From Oligoflexales bacterium (GTDB taxonomy: Bacteria > Bdellovibrionota_B > Oligoflexia > Oligoflexales > RGVZ01), in assembly GCA_044236265.1 (NCBI GenBank), contig JBIIGV010000066.1, positions 1-16,024 of the forward strand: a DNA stretch of 16,024 bases, written 5' to 3'. Positions within the stretch are counted from its first letter, which is position 1. Each line of letters begins with the position of its first letter. Both the position numbers and the translations under genes were made by a program. Shown piece after piece: positions 6,395-16,022 of this stretch. The notes under the pieces were generated by a model. That model did no database searches. It was not told the DNA's origin and was given only the letters and a program-made list of their open reading frames with translations.

Positions 6395-9300
6395 ATGACT
6401 TTTAAAGACCTCTATCGACTTTCGAATGTAAGCCTTCGGCTTGCTTCGCGCGGACTTTTATTTGTTGCGCCGATTGTGGTGACATTAGGAGCTTCATGTT
6501 CAAAGGGCTCCAAAGTTTTCTCCATGAAAAACCAGGGCGCTGAATCGGTTGATGTGAATGCAACAACCGGTCAGGATGGAGCGACAAGCGGAACCTTTTC
6601 TAAAAATGCGGCTACTTCGCAGCGCATGGCTGCAGGTGCAGGTAGTGGGATTGATGGTGCGCAGGTTTTGATTCCTGCCGGTGGTTTATCGATTGACGTC
6701 AATGTGACGATGGGACAGGGCGCCAACAATGCAAGCGATGCTTTAGCAGCGGCTCTTGGGCTGGGTGCAGGGTTTTCTGGATCTGGTCAGCCTGTTGTTC
6801 TCTCGTCGACACCACCTACTGATGTATCGAATCCGATGCAGATCACTCTTCCACCTCCCTCGGGTGCATCGCTTTGGTTTAATCTTGCCGGCGATGAAAA
6901 TTGGGCCGTCATCTACGAATCACTGAAGGTCGGAGAAAACGGCACCTTCTACTCAGGTATTATCCCACGCTCAGAATTTACCGTTAAAGACGGCAAAGTA
7001 GTCTTAACGGCTAAACACTTTGGTACCTACCAGACGGTGATTCCAAAAGTCGAAGTCAAAGCAAAAATTGAGCTACCAGGACGCGCGGTCGATTTGGCTT
7101 CAAGTGTCACGATTAAAGCTCCCACGCTAAGTCAATTTGGAACATCTAATCGGCATAATGATCCAGACAAAAAGGTGACGATCACATTCACAGGTGATCC
7201 CGAAAAGCTAAAAGATAAATTTAAGGAATATCGTTACACAGTCGATGGTACGAAACCTTCGTGCACTGAAGGTTTAGCAAGTAGTGAGCTGACCTCGAAC
7301 ATTGAGGTCACGTGGGGTTCAGTCCCTGTTGTGTTTAGAGCTGTCGCTTGTACAGTTTCCGGTGCGGCATCCCCTGTGGCGGAGGCGACTTATATTTTTG
7401 ACAATACTGCGCCCATAGCAACCATCTCTGGGCCGCCAGCTGGAACCAAGGTCAAATTTGGTGAGTCTGTCTCCTTTGATATCACCTACTCTGAGCCGGT
7501 GGTTGGAATCTTGGTGCCTGCGAAGATTGACATTGCTGTTCCCCCTGGATCGCAACTGCCAACAGTTGATATCATCGAGCCTGCGTCGCAGAGCCCGAAA
7601 GTAAGACTATCAAATTTCGGGTTTGATGGAACTATCACCGTAAAGATTCTTGCCAGCGCTGTTGTGGATGCTGCGGGAAATCCGAATGCGGTCTCTGGGA
7701 CAAGTCAGGCCGTGACCATTGCTGCTATCCGACCATCCGTCTCTTTTACGAGTATTACCCCGAGTAATACTAGCAGCGGAAATTACATCGGAACATCGGA
7801 TAAGCCCACAGTCAAAGGTGCACTCTCTGCCGATGGAAGGGATGTCCAGCTTTATTTTGATCAGAATTGCTCAGTCGGTCAGGAAAAGTCGGCTTTAGTT
7901 GGCAAGTCAGTATTTGAGGGGTCGGGCGCGCAATTGTCATCGTCCGTGACAGAAAATGTGTTTATCGAAATTTATGCCAAAGCTACGGACACTGATGACA
8001 ATTCATCGGTGTGCACTCGGCTTGTTTCCTACAAGTGGGACAGGACAGCCCCGACGGTCGCGATTTCGTCTGTGCCAGGTCCTGACCCCACAAATAGCAG
8101 CGCGATTACACTCACGTTCTTATTTTCAGAGCCAGTCACTGGTTTCACAGTATCTGGCGTGAACCTAACGAATGCCACATCTGGTGCCTTAACACAGGTG
8201 AGCTCGTCAGAGTACAGATTAGCAATCACAGCCACAAACCGCGAAGTGTCAGCAAGTGTGCCAGCGAATTCCGCCGTCGACACGGCCGGAAATAACAATA
8301 TCGCCTCGACCCCTTGGTCTATAGTTTATGACGCCACCGCTCCAACGCTCGCGATAACATCCAATCGCGATCCAGGGCCTACAAATAATAGTGCTATTAC
8401 ATTGACGTTTACATTCTCAGAGCCCGTGACCGGTTTTGATGTCGGCGATGTGACTTTGACAAACGCTGGTAAAGGTACATTTACACCTACGAGTAGCACA
8501 GTCTATACTCTAGCTCTTTCTAATCCTGTCGGAAATATATCAGCAAACGTTGGCGCAAATGCTGCTACGGATGCGGCAGGTAATGGCAGCATTATTTCGC
8601 CAACTTGGTCTTTAATATATGACAATACCGCGCCCAGCGTATCGAAAGTCTTCGCTGTTCCGGCGGCAGCAAAATTAAAGGCTGGTCAATCCATCGACAT
8701 TTACGTGGAGTTTGATGAGGATTTAGTGGTTTCTACCGGTGCGACCCCCAAGATTTCTCTAACTGTGGGGACAAGTGTATCGACGGAGGTGGCTTGCTCT
8801 CAGGATTCGAACCCGAAGAAACTAAAGTGTTCTTATACGGTCTCTCCTGGACATAGTTCTCCAGATTTGGATTATGTGGGCCAAACATCCCTATTTTTGT
8901 CAGCGGGCAACACGGTAAAGGACGCTGCAGGCAATAATGCATTACTAACCCTCCCAAATCCAGGGGCAGGTAGCACCGGCAGTTTAGCGAATACAAGTAA
9001 TATTGTCGTCGATACAACAGCCCCAACGGTCGTAGAGGTTTTCTCGACCATTACAGACGGCAGCTACAATGTGGGAGTCGTGATTCCAATCATTGTAAAG
9101 TTTGCCGAAGTTGTGGCAGTGAATGGCAAACCGCAAATCACGTTGAATACGGGCGCAACTTCTGCGGTGGTTGATTACACAAGCGGAGACAACACAGACA
9201 CTCTCCGTTTTACGTATACGGTCGCCGCTAATCATTCATCGGCTGATCTAGATTATGTTGCGACCTCGTCACTTTCGTTCAACGGTGGGACAATTGCAGA

Positions 9301-12300
9301 TGCGGCGGGTAACAATGCTGATTTGACGTTGCCTCAGCCAGGTCAGGCAAAAAGTCTTGGCGCGAATAATCAGATTCAAATTGACACTACTTCGCCGAGT
9401 GCAGGCACATTTTCAAACTCATCAAATGTGACAAGCAACTCCCTTACGCTCAATTGGTCGAAGAGCACAGATGGCACCGGCACTCTGCAGGCTCATCTGG
9501 AGTATGTCCTCTGCAAAGCTTCCACCTCGGCGGCAATTGATACAGCTGAAGAATGTCTAAACAACGCTAATAAAATCATGGATTGGACGAAAGACATTGC
9601 AACATATTCAGTATCTGGCCTTACAGCTTCAACCACATATTATTTCAACGTAGCGGTCAGAGATAAGGCCGGTAACAGGTCTGTTTATAATGTAAAGTCT
9701 GAAACAACAACTTCTGGTGGAGGCGGCGGTACTACTGTCTACGGCGACCTCTCGTCATCACATGAAAGAAAAGTGGTGTTTGACGGGACGCGCTATTGGG
9801 CGTTTTGGCGAAGTCCGGACGGCCTCAAATATGGTTATTACGGCACTGGTGGGGCCTTGACTGTCATTGCGAGCCCTGTTCTTTCGGGCGTACAGAAGTT
9901 CAGTGTGGTAGGTAAGTCAATTAATAGCAGCTATCAAATTGTGATTGCGTATTCAGAGGATGGCACCAGTGTCAAATTAATAGCTGGAACTGTTAGTGGG
10001 ACGACCGTTTCTTGGGGCGCAGCGAATGATATTTTTACCGGCACTTCGGCAATAAAATATTCAAATCCTTCTGTGATTTTTGCAACCGACGATAGATTGG
10101 TTGTGGCAGCATCTCAAGAAAGTCATGGATTATTTGAAGTAAATGTTAAAAAGAGTACGGCCGTATATACATCGACTGCTCCTGGCAATTTTCCATCCGC
10201 TGGATTAAAGACCCCTCACAAACTATCCTCTTTTGGGTCCCTCGCGTTGGCTCCGCTAGGTGTCGATAACTTTAATGTCACAATTTCTGGAGCTGATGGT
10301 GCAATGGTTAGCTACGAAGGCGTCTTTACTGCTGGTAGCTTAACAGATTTTGTACCCGGAATTACCAGTTCAATCACCTCGCGTCCCACTAGTTTGCTTA
10401 TGGCAGGTCGTGCTGGCGTGTCCTTAAGCGGAAACGAATCATACGCCTCGGTGAACGTCATGAAAGTCATTGCGGGTGAGCTATACATAGGCGGACAGTT
10501 TGATTCCGTTGGCGGTATTGCTGCGAATAATGTCGCAAAGTGGAACGGCTGGCGTTGGTTGCCGCTTGGCTCCGGGGTGTCGGGTCCGGTGAACGCCATT
10601 CAGGAATTTAATGGGAAAATATTTGTTGGTGGATTGTTTTCATCGGCGGGTAATACGGCTGCTCAAAATATCGCAGCCTGGGATGGGCGAGCGTGGTGGG
10701 CTCCTGGGGGTGTTGTAGACGCAGCAATTCTGGCCATGGCAGTTTCCAATAATGAATTATTCGTTGGGGGTGCGTTTAGCAAATTTAAAGATAGTACATC
10801 TCTAGGTCGCTTAGTGAAAACTTCAGACGGTGGTACTTGGACCTCGGCCGCGTCTGATGTGTTCCCATCGGGATTCGCAGTTACTGCTTTGCATGATGTC
10901 GGTGGAGCATTGTATGCCGCAGGCTATAACGTGAACACAGGTCTGTCATCTTTGGCCAAGTATACAACTATTTGGTCGACACCCATATTACTAACTGGCG
11001 AGATAAAAGCTATGGCCTCGGATGCTACCCATCTGTATTTGGTGGGCGGAATAACGGCTGTATCCGGAGAGAACGGATTACCCGCGTTGAACAAAATGGT
11101 TAAAGTCACTCATTCCGGAACTGCAATATGGTCATGCGTGGGCACATGTAGTGATTTTAGTCCTGGATCAGGATCTGTAAATGGTGTCTTGGTTGAAGGG
11201 TCGGCAGTGTATGTTGTTGGAGATTTTGTAAGCCAAATAAAAGTTTATGAAGCTGGTAATTGGAGCGATGTAGGATATGGTCTTGGCGGTGGGCCAGCAA
11301 AAACGTTGGTTAGACAGGCTGGAAAGTTAATTGTCGGGGGCATTTTTAAAGAGGCTTACAACTCGTTACAGGAGTCCGGTAAAGTGCTTAGTAAAGGTAT
11401 CGCATCCTTTGAGTCTGCAAAATGGTCCGCCATGGGTGCGGGTTTCACTAAACCGGTCAGAAAAGTTTTAAATTTAGGGACCAACAACTCTTTGGTTTGG
11501 ACCGCGGGTGCTGGGTATCTAGGGGGAGTATATAGTTCTTCGGGTTTGTTTGTTTATAACGATAGCGCAGGATGGACCTCGATGAGCCTGCCGAGCGGTT
11601 TGACCGGGCAGGCAAATTTAAGTGATGTCGTCTTTGATTTGGGGAAGGTGTACGTAGCCTTTAGCATTGGTACAAATGATAGTGAATCAAAGGTTTTCTC
11701 GTACGATGGTACAAAATGGGTACAAGTGGGTACGGGTCTAATTTCTTATCGTGTTCAGCAATTGATTGTTGGATCTGGCTTTATTTACGTGCTTGGTCGG
11801 CAAGTAGATATTGGTGGCTCGTCAAGCAAGGTGGTGATTCATTCAAATACCATAACTGCAGAGCACACTGATCCATGGAACTCAATGGATACACTAATGG
11901 GCCCTCAGTTGATGGAAGATATAAATGACGCAGTAAAAATTTGGGACAATTTTTACGTAGCTCATAGCGCCGGAGTGAGCTACCTCACTTCGTCAGGCTG
12001 GATCTCTGTTTCAAGTACGCAGATATTTACTGGTCCAGTTTATTCCTTGGCATTCTCTGGCGCCAATGGCACTGGCTCTTTGGTCGCCGGAGGGACATTT
12101 AAAACCCTGCATAATGGTTCGACCAATCCTGTTTTCAATAATCTAGCAGCAATTAATTTGTCTAGTGGAGTCCCGGAGGGATTTTGGGTGCCCATTGGGG
12201 CCGCGGCGAATGTGGGTGTCGTCTGTAGTTCAACTCCTTGTGTTGCATCGGTAAATTCTTTGGAGTTTAGCGGTACGCAGTTATACGTTGGAGGACGTTT

Positions 12301-12877
12301 TGACAAGGTGGATGGAACAATTGTAAGCCCCAATGTGGCTCAGGTTTCGCTGACTTCAGGCTTCAATAATCCTTCATGGACTGCAATTGGCTATGAGGCT
12401 CCCTTATCATCGGTAAGCATTGGATCGATTAATTGGTTTGGAGGTGCGTTTGGGATTGCCAGACCTTCTACAAATATTTTGGCCAAAGTCACAAGTTTTT
12501 CAGCAATTTCCTCTGGCTCTTCTAGTAGCTTAGTTTACGGCGATGCCGTAATCGGTGATTTGAGACGAGCAGATTACACGGGCAGTCAGTGGACGCTTTC
12601 GGTTGGACCGATTTCAGACGCCAATTCAAATTCAAATTGGCCAAGCTTTGTCAATGTTGGTGGGACCAGTACTAATTATGTGGTCACATGGACAACGAAC
12701 GGGAAACTTTATTACCGAAAATACACCGGTACTTGGGCAGGCATCATGTCGCTAACAACATTTATAGATGTGAGTTCACCGTCTATTTCATTGGACTTTG
12801 CGACATCCGGACAAATTCCAGTCACGTTTAGTCGTGGGAATGGTTTTACCACCATCGAAAGTGCCCAAATTCCTTAA
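6395..12877 (+). CDS. giant multidomain surface lipoprotein/adhesin-like protein (ZU5-like, Fn3-associated-like, bacterial Ig-like repeats, FN3, beta-propellers), 2160 aa
   Basis: Lipobox LGAS-C35. GAQVLIPAGGL...HFGTYQ is ZU5-like and YRYTVDGTKPSC is Fn3-associated-like. DxTAP...DxAGN Ig repeats follow, then an FN3 domain (SLTLNWSKS...GLTASTTYYFNVAVRD) and a poly-Gly hinge. Repeated LY[IV]GGxF...NxAxW blades resemble Rax2-like propellers. Confidence 0.92.
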   Translation: MTFKDLYRLSNVSLRLASRGLLFVAPIVVTLGASCSKGSKVFSMKNQGAESVDVNATTGQDGATSGTFSKNAATSQRMAAGAGSGIDGAQVLIPAGGLSIDVNVTMGQGANNASDALAAALGLGAGFSGSGQPVVLSSTPPTDVSNPMQITLPPPSGASLWFNLAGDENWAVIYESLKVGENGTFYSGIIPRSEFTVKDGKVVLTAKHFGTYQTVIPKVEVKAKIELPGRAVDLASSVTIKAPTLSQFGTSNRHNDPDKKVTITFTGDPEKLKDKFKEYRYTVDGTKPSCTEGLASSELTSNIEVTWGSVPVVFRAVACTVSGAASPVAEATYIFDNTAPIATISGPPAGTKVKFGESVSFDITYSEPVVGILVPAKIDIAVPPGSQLPTVDIIEPASQSPKVRLSNFGFDGTITVKILASAVVDAAGNPNAVSGTSQAVTIAAIRPSVSFTSITPSNTSSGNYIGTSDKPTVKGALSADGRDVQLYFDQNCSVGQEKSALVGKSVFEGSGAQLSSSVTENVFIEIYAKATDTDDNSSVCTRLVSYKWDRTAPTVAISSVPGPDPTNSSAITLTFLFSEPVTGFTVSGVNLTNATSGALTQVSSSEYRLAITATNREVSASVPANSAVDTAGNNNIASTPWSIVYDATAPTLAITSNRDPGPTNNSAITLTFTFSEPVTGFDVGDVTLTNAGKGTFTPTSSTVYTLALSNPVGNISANVGANAATDAAGNGSIISPTWSLIYDNTAPSVSKVFAVPAAAKLKAGQSIDIYVEFDEDLVVSTGATPKISLTVGTSVSTEVACSQDSNPKKLKCSYTVSPGHSSPDLDYVGQTSLFLSAGNTVKDAAGNNALLTLPNPGAGSTGSLANTSNIVVDTTAPTVVEVFSTITDGSYNVGVVIPIIVKFAEVVAVNGKPQITLNTGATSAVVDYTSGDNTDTLRFTYTVAANHSSADLDYVATSSLSFNGGTIADAAGNNADLTLPQPGQAKSLGANNQIQIDTTSPSAGTFSNSSNVTSNSLTLNWSKSTDGTGTLQAHLEYVLCKASTSAAIDTAEECLNNANKIMDWTKDIATYSVSGLTASTTYYFNVAVRDKAGNRSVYNVKSETTTSGGGGGTTVYGDLSSSHERKVVFDGTRYWAFWRSPDGLKYGYYGTGGALTVIASPVLSGVQKFSVVGKSINSSYQIVIAYSEDGTSVKLIAGTVSGTTVSWGAANDIFTGTSAIKYSNPSVIFATDDRLVVAASQESHGLFEVNVKKSTAVYTSTAPGNFPSAGLKTPHKLSSFGSLALAPLGVDNFNVTISGADGAMVSYEGVFTAGSLTDFVPGITSSITSRPTSLLMAGRAGVSLSGNESYASVNVMKVIAGELYIGGQFDSVGGIAANNVAKWNGWRWLPLGSGVSGPVNAIQEFNGKIFVGGLFSSAGNTAAQNIAAWDGRAWWAPGGVVDAAILAMAVSNNELFVGGAFSKFKDSTSLGRLVKTSDGGTWTSAASDVFPSGFAVTALHDVGGALYAAGYNVNTGLSSLAKYTTIWSTPILLTGEIKAMASDATHLYLVGGITAVSGENGLPALNKMVKVTHSGTAIWSCVGTCSDFSPGSGSVNGVLVEGSAVYVVGDFVSQIKVYEAGNWSDVGYGLGGGPAKTLVRQAGKLIVGGIFKEAYNSLQESGKVLSKGIASFESAKWSAMGAGFTKPVRKVLNLGTNNSLVWTAGAGYLGGVYSSSGLFVYNDSAGWTSMSLPSGLTGQANLSDVVFDLGKVYVAFSIGTNDSESKVFSYDGTKWVQVGTGLISYRVQQLIVGSGFIYVLGRQVDIGGSSSKVVIHSNTITAEHTDPWNSMDTLMGPQLMEDINDAVKIWDNFYVAHSAGVSYLTSSGWISVSSTQIFTGPVYSLAFSGANGTGSLVAGGTFKTLHNGSTNPVFNNLAAINLSSGVPEGFWVPIGAAANVGVVCSSTPCVASVNSLEFSGTQLYVGGRFDKVDGTIVSPNVAQVSLTSGFNNPSWTAIGYEAPLSSVSIGSINWFGGAFGIARPSTNILAKVTSFSAISSGSSSSLVYGDAVIGDLRRADYTGSQWTLSVGPISDANSNSNWPSFVNVGGTSTNYVVTWTTNGKLYYRKYTGTWAGIMSLTTFIDVSSPSISLDFATSGQIPVTFSRGNGFTTIESAQIP
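8039..8620 (+). repeat. tandem pair of 97-aa (291-nt) Ig-like repeats
   Basis: Units start at Asp codons 8039 and 8330 (next unit at 8621). PDPTNSSAITLTFLFSEPVTGF vs PGPTNNSAITLTFTFSEPVTGF, both ending DxAGN...WSxxY. Confidence 0.9.
8621..9382 (+). repeat. tandem pair of 130/124-aa Ig-like repeats of a second type
   Basis: Units start at 8621 and 9011. HSSPDLDYV...DAAGNNALLTLPNPG vs HSSADLDYV...DAAGNNADLTLPQPG. Confidence 0.9.
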
Positions 12878-12911
12878 AAGAAATTAGTGCCACCCGACGT
12901 ATTTCTATTTT

Positions 12912-14000
12912 TTATTTAGTGAGCTCTAGCCCAAGTCCTGGTCTGCCAGGTCTCACTAGCTCTGCACTCCCGCGATGCCAGGGGCTATCTTTTGTTACGA
13001 GCTCTTTAAAGAAAAATGGTGTGTCCAAATCAAAATGCTGAATGCCGCCCACGCCGCAAGCTAGTTGAAGGCTTGCTCCCATGGCGATCTCGCTTTCAAG
13101 CATGCCGCCTATCATAAGGGCAATCCCCGATGAGCGGGCGATCGAAATAATGCGCATAGTTTCTTCAATGCCTGACTTCATGATCTTGAGGTTGATCATA
13201 CTGGCCGTTCGGTCTCTTACAACGCGGACGGCGTCTTCAGGAGTCACTACGGTTTCATCCAGGCAAACGGGAATACCGGTTGCGTCTTCTAGATGCTTAA
13301 GCCCATCCCAGTCGTCTGCAGGAAGTGGCTGCTCGAAAAATAAAGGCCTCACCTCGTGCTGCGCAAGTGCGGCGACCAGAGCTTTGGCGTTATCGAGGCG
13401 GTAACCTTGATTGCCGTCGAGTGTAAACTGCGAAGCCCGCGGCAAAAGCTTAAGCATCGCATGAATCATGTCGGTGTCTTCTGAGACGTTACCTGAGACT
13501 TTGATCTTTACCACCTCAAAGCCGTGGTTTTCATAAAGGCTCCAGAAGTCCTTAACTAAGTGTGCTGGCATGATCGGAAGTGTGATGTCAGTCACCACCT
13601 TTTCAAACATGCGCCCACCCCAGATGGCAGACAGCGGAACACCAAGCTGTTTAGCGTATAAGTCCCAGAGAGCTGTTTCTACGCCGACGTAGGCGCTAGG
13701 TGATGCCAAGAATGTCTCTTCGCGGATACCGCGTAGATACCTAAGTCCTGACAGTGCCGTCATCTCAGTTAGCTGATCAAGGATTTCGCGTACACTTGGA
13801 AGAACGCCTTCAACGTTATCACCAGTGAGGGTTGGAAAGGGACTTGCTTCCCCAATGCCGCAAAGACCGTTTTCATCAAAGATTTGGACTAGGACAAAGC
13901 TAGCCTTATTTAATGTCTCTGATGAAATCGCAAACGGCACATGAATATCGGCTTCGATCTGCCGAGCGTCGGTTTCTGAGATATTGGCAGTCCAGCCCAT
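12912..14000 (-). CDS. dipeptide epimerase (L-Ala-D/L-Glu epimerase-like), enolase superfamily, muconate lactonizing enzyme subgroup
   Basis: N-terminal PFAIS and GIGEA, ALWDL, catalytic KxK (VKIKV), metal ligands DGNQGY / EQP / DE, second Lys in NLKIMKSG, and the DLD motif characteristic of dipeptide epimerases. Confidence 0.92.
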   Translation of the reverse strand: MGWTANISETDARQIEADIHVPFAISSETLNKASFVLVQIFDENGLCGIGEASPFPTLTGDNVEGVLPSVREILDQLTEMTALSGLRYLRGIREETFLASPSAYVGVETALWDLYAKQLGVPLSAIWGGRMFEKVVTDITLPIMPAHLVKDFWSLYENHGFEVVKIKVSGNVSEDTDMIHAMLKLLPRASQFTLDGNQGYRLDNAKALVAALAQHEVRPLFFEQPLPADDWDGLKHLEDATGIPVCLDETVVTPEDAVRVVRDRTASMINLKIMKSGIEETMRIISIARSSGIALMIGGMLESEIAMGASLQLACGVGGIQHFDLDTPFFFKELVTKDSPWHRGSAELVRPGRPGLGLELTK

Positions 14001-14003
14001 CGT

Positions 14004-16022
14004 TTATCTCACCACCTGACGAAGCCAGCCGTCCAAAATATTTCTATTTTCATCGTTATTCATCTCAGACTCTACGTCGCGCAGGATGTCTTCGCGGTAA
14101 CGGGGATCGACTCGGTACTCGCTTTTGATTTCGACTTGTCCGCCGATCGAGTTACCGTGATATTCGTCGCCGTTACTTTTGCGACGACGCCCGCGATCTT
14201 TTTGCTTCTGACTTGAGCTTGCCGCTGAATCGGCATCACGCAGAAGACGCCCTGCAAGATCTGATGAGCCTTCGGCTTCAGCCCACTGAGAGGCTTCGCC
14301 TTTGGTATTGGTGTTTTCCATCGCAGTGATGGCCGCCTCGAGACGCTCTCCAGCCTGAGGGGCAAGGGCTCTAAGGCGGTTTAAGAGAGTGTTTGCTTGT
14401 TTGACGTTGGAGTTTTCGTTGGCACGAGCCGCTGGCCATTTCTCGGCAAGCTGGTCAGGGCTTTGCTGCGGAGCTCGGTCAAGGGCTTGAGAGATTTGAT
14501 CCTGACGCTGCTGTATTTCTTTTAAGTCGTTACGTGCATTGGCCAGTCCCTGCTGACGCTCGCGCTCCATCTTGGCTCTTAGCTGATCTTCCTTGGCTTC
14601 GAGCTCTTCGATCCAGGCGCGGTATTCACTCGCCGCTTTACTTAAGTGGCCTTGAGCTGTTTTAGGATTTTGGTCGGCGTCACGGCCTGCATCTCTGACA
14701 TACTGATGAAACGGGCGATTTTGGCTAATACGCCCCCAACTAGGTGGCTCATGGCCTCCGCTTAGACGTTTAACGCGAATCGTCCACCGCTTATGACGAT
14801 CATCAAGAAACTGCGTCATGCGCTGCGCTAGATATTTTGCCTGTTCAACTCTCGTTGGTTTTTCAAGATCAAGGACTCTAGAAAACGATCTTACGGCGAT
14901 AAAAAAGTCGCGGTCCCTTTCGCGGTCATCCAAAATCTCATGCTCTAACAGAAAATCTCCAATGGCCTCACTCGTATCTTGAATTTTTGCAGGCGTTGTT
15001 TGATTAGACGCTTCCATGAGTTTTTGTTGCAGTCTTGAAAGCTCGGCGCGGTCCATGCCATCAAAAAATGGCGTATTCTCACTTTGCTGCATAACACTTT
15101 GCATCGTGGGAACGGCGTCTTTTGGTATGGTAGTGCCGTTACTTCTTGCGTCATCCAGTAACGACTTCACTTTTTTAAGGGTCTCAAGTGCAGCGCGGTA
15201 GCGGCCGTATGCACTCGCGACTTTGAGGCGAATCGGCGGACTTTTTCCGACAAGAGGCGTGGGATCAGCACGGTCAATGGCTTCTGCAACGATATCAAAT
15301 TCAACGATGTCTTCTTCCATCCACGGTACAAGATTTAGTTTATAGGAGGTCTGTACGGTGGTGGTTTCTCCGGAGATAGTGAGAACAGATTCCTGGGAGG
15401 TCTTTCCCTTAGCGGTAATGCTAAGTCTTACCTTATCCAGCGGGTGAACGGCATTTACTTGGATGGATAGAGGAACAAGTTCATTATCTGGCCAGGGATC
15501 TCTCGGTCCTCCTTCAATTGACATCTGAACCTTAGGGATTGGAAGTTCTTGTACCTGAAGAAGAGCCAAGGGCTTTGATCCAACAATCGGCACAATCAGA
15601 TCACTACTTTCAGCCGCAGAAAACTCAGCCGTCCAAATTCCACCTGACTGCTCAGGACTACTGGTGTTGGTGAGCTGAATGGTTAGTGGAGGGGTGCCAC
15701 TTTTAGACTGTAGCGTGAGTGTCGGAGGCGAGGACAACTGATCAAGGCGCACGATGGTGAGCTTAATCATGTTTGAGGGAATCAGCTCAATCGTGGGTGG
15801 TGATAGCGTTGACAGAGAGTAGTTGGTTTGTAGTTTGGCGCTTTTGTCTTTGGGAGGAGCTGCGCCTTCAATCACGTCAAGGGTCACTCCGCCAGAGAGT
15901 GCTGTAAACACGTTTTTAGCATCGACCAGAGCATTAGCAATATTAAGGGGCGCGGTCATGAGCAACAAAATCGCCAAACAAAAAGGCACCAATAAAGATC
16001 CGGCTAAGGTTGTCAGACGACG
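14004..16022 (-). CDS. DUF4175-like membrane-anchored protein (TM, Ig-like domains, long helical/coiled-coil region), 5'-truncated by the window edge
   Basis: The frame stays open upstream of 15992 to the edge (..RRLTTLAGSLLVPFCLAILLLM). EFDIVAEAIDRA...GKS beta-domain, Q-rich coiled coil LKEIQQRQDQI, C-terminal PRYREDILRDV...GWLRQVV. Stop is 3 nt from the epimerase ATG. Family call is by pattern only. Confidence 0.8.
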   Translation of the reverse strand, partial: RRLTTLAGSLLVPFCLAILLLMTAPLNIANALVDAKNVFTALSGGVTLDVIEGAAPPKDKSAKLQTNYSLSTLSPPTIELIPSNMIKLTIVRLDQLSSPPTLTLQSKSGTPPLTIQLTNTSSPEQSGGIWTAEFSAAESSDLIVPIVGSKPLALLQVQELPIPKVQMSIEGGPRDPWPDNELVPLSIQVNAVHPLDKVRLSITAKGKTSQESVLTISGETTTVQTSYKLNLVPWMEEDIVEFDIVAEAIDRADPTPLVGKSPPIRLKVASAYGRYRAALETLKKVKSLLDDARSNGTTIPKDAVPTMQSVMQQSENTPFFDGMDRAELSRLQQKLMEASNQTTPAKIQDTSEAIGDFLLEHEILDDRERDRDFFIAVRSFSRVLDLEKPTRVEQAKYLAQRMTQFLDDRHKRWTIRVKRLSGGHEPPSWGRISQNRPFHQYVRDAGRDADQNPKTAQGHLSKAASEYRAWIEELEAKEDQLRAKMERERQQGLANARNDLKEIQQRQDQISQALDRAPQQSPDQLAEKWPAARANENSNVKQANTLLNRLRALAPQAGERLEAAITAMENTNTKGEASQWAEAEGSSDLAGRLLRDADSAASSSQKQKDRGRRRKSNGDEYHGNSIGGQVEIKSEYRVDPRYREDILRDVESEMNNDENRNILDGWLRQVVR

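Noticed and set aside
8039..9382. CRISPR array or diversity-generating-retroelement template/variable repeat pair
   Set aside because: The repeats are in-frame diverged Ig domains with synonymous changes rather than adenine-specific ones, and no cas or reverse transcriptase gene is present.
12878..12911. Bidirectional terminator between the convergent giant gene and the epimerase
   Set aside because: Only an AT-rich 6-bp stem (AGAAAT/ATTTCT) with a 16-nt loop, too weak to call.
3276..15201. Remaining short alternative-frame or antisense ORFs inside the 427-aa lipoprotein, thrS, the giant gene, the epimerase and the DUF4175-like gene
   Set aside because: They lie largely or entirely within well-supported long CDSs and show no recognisable motifs.
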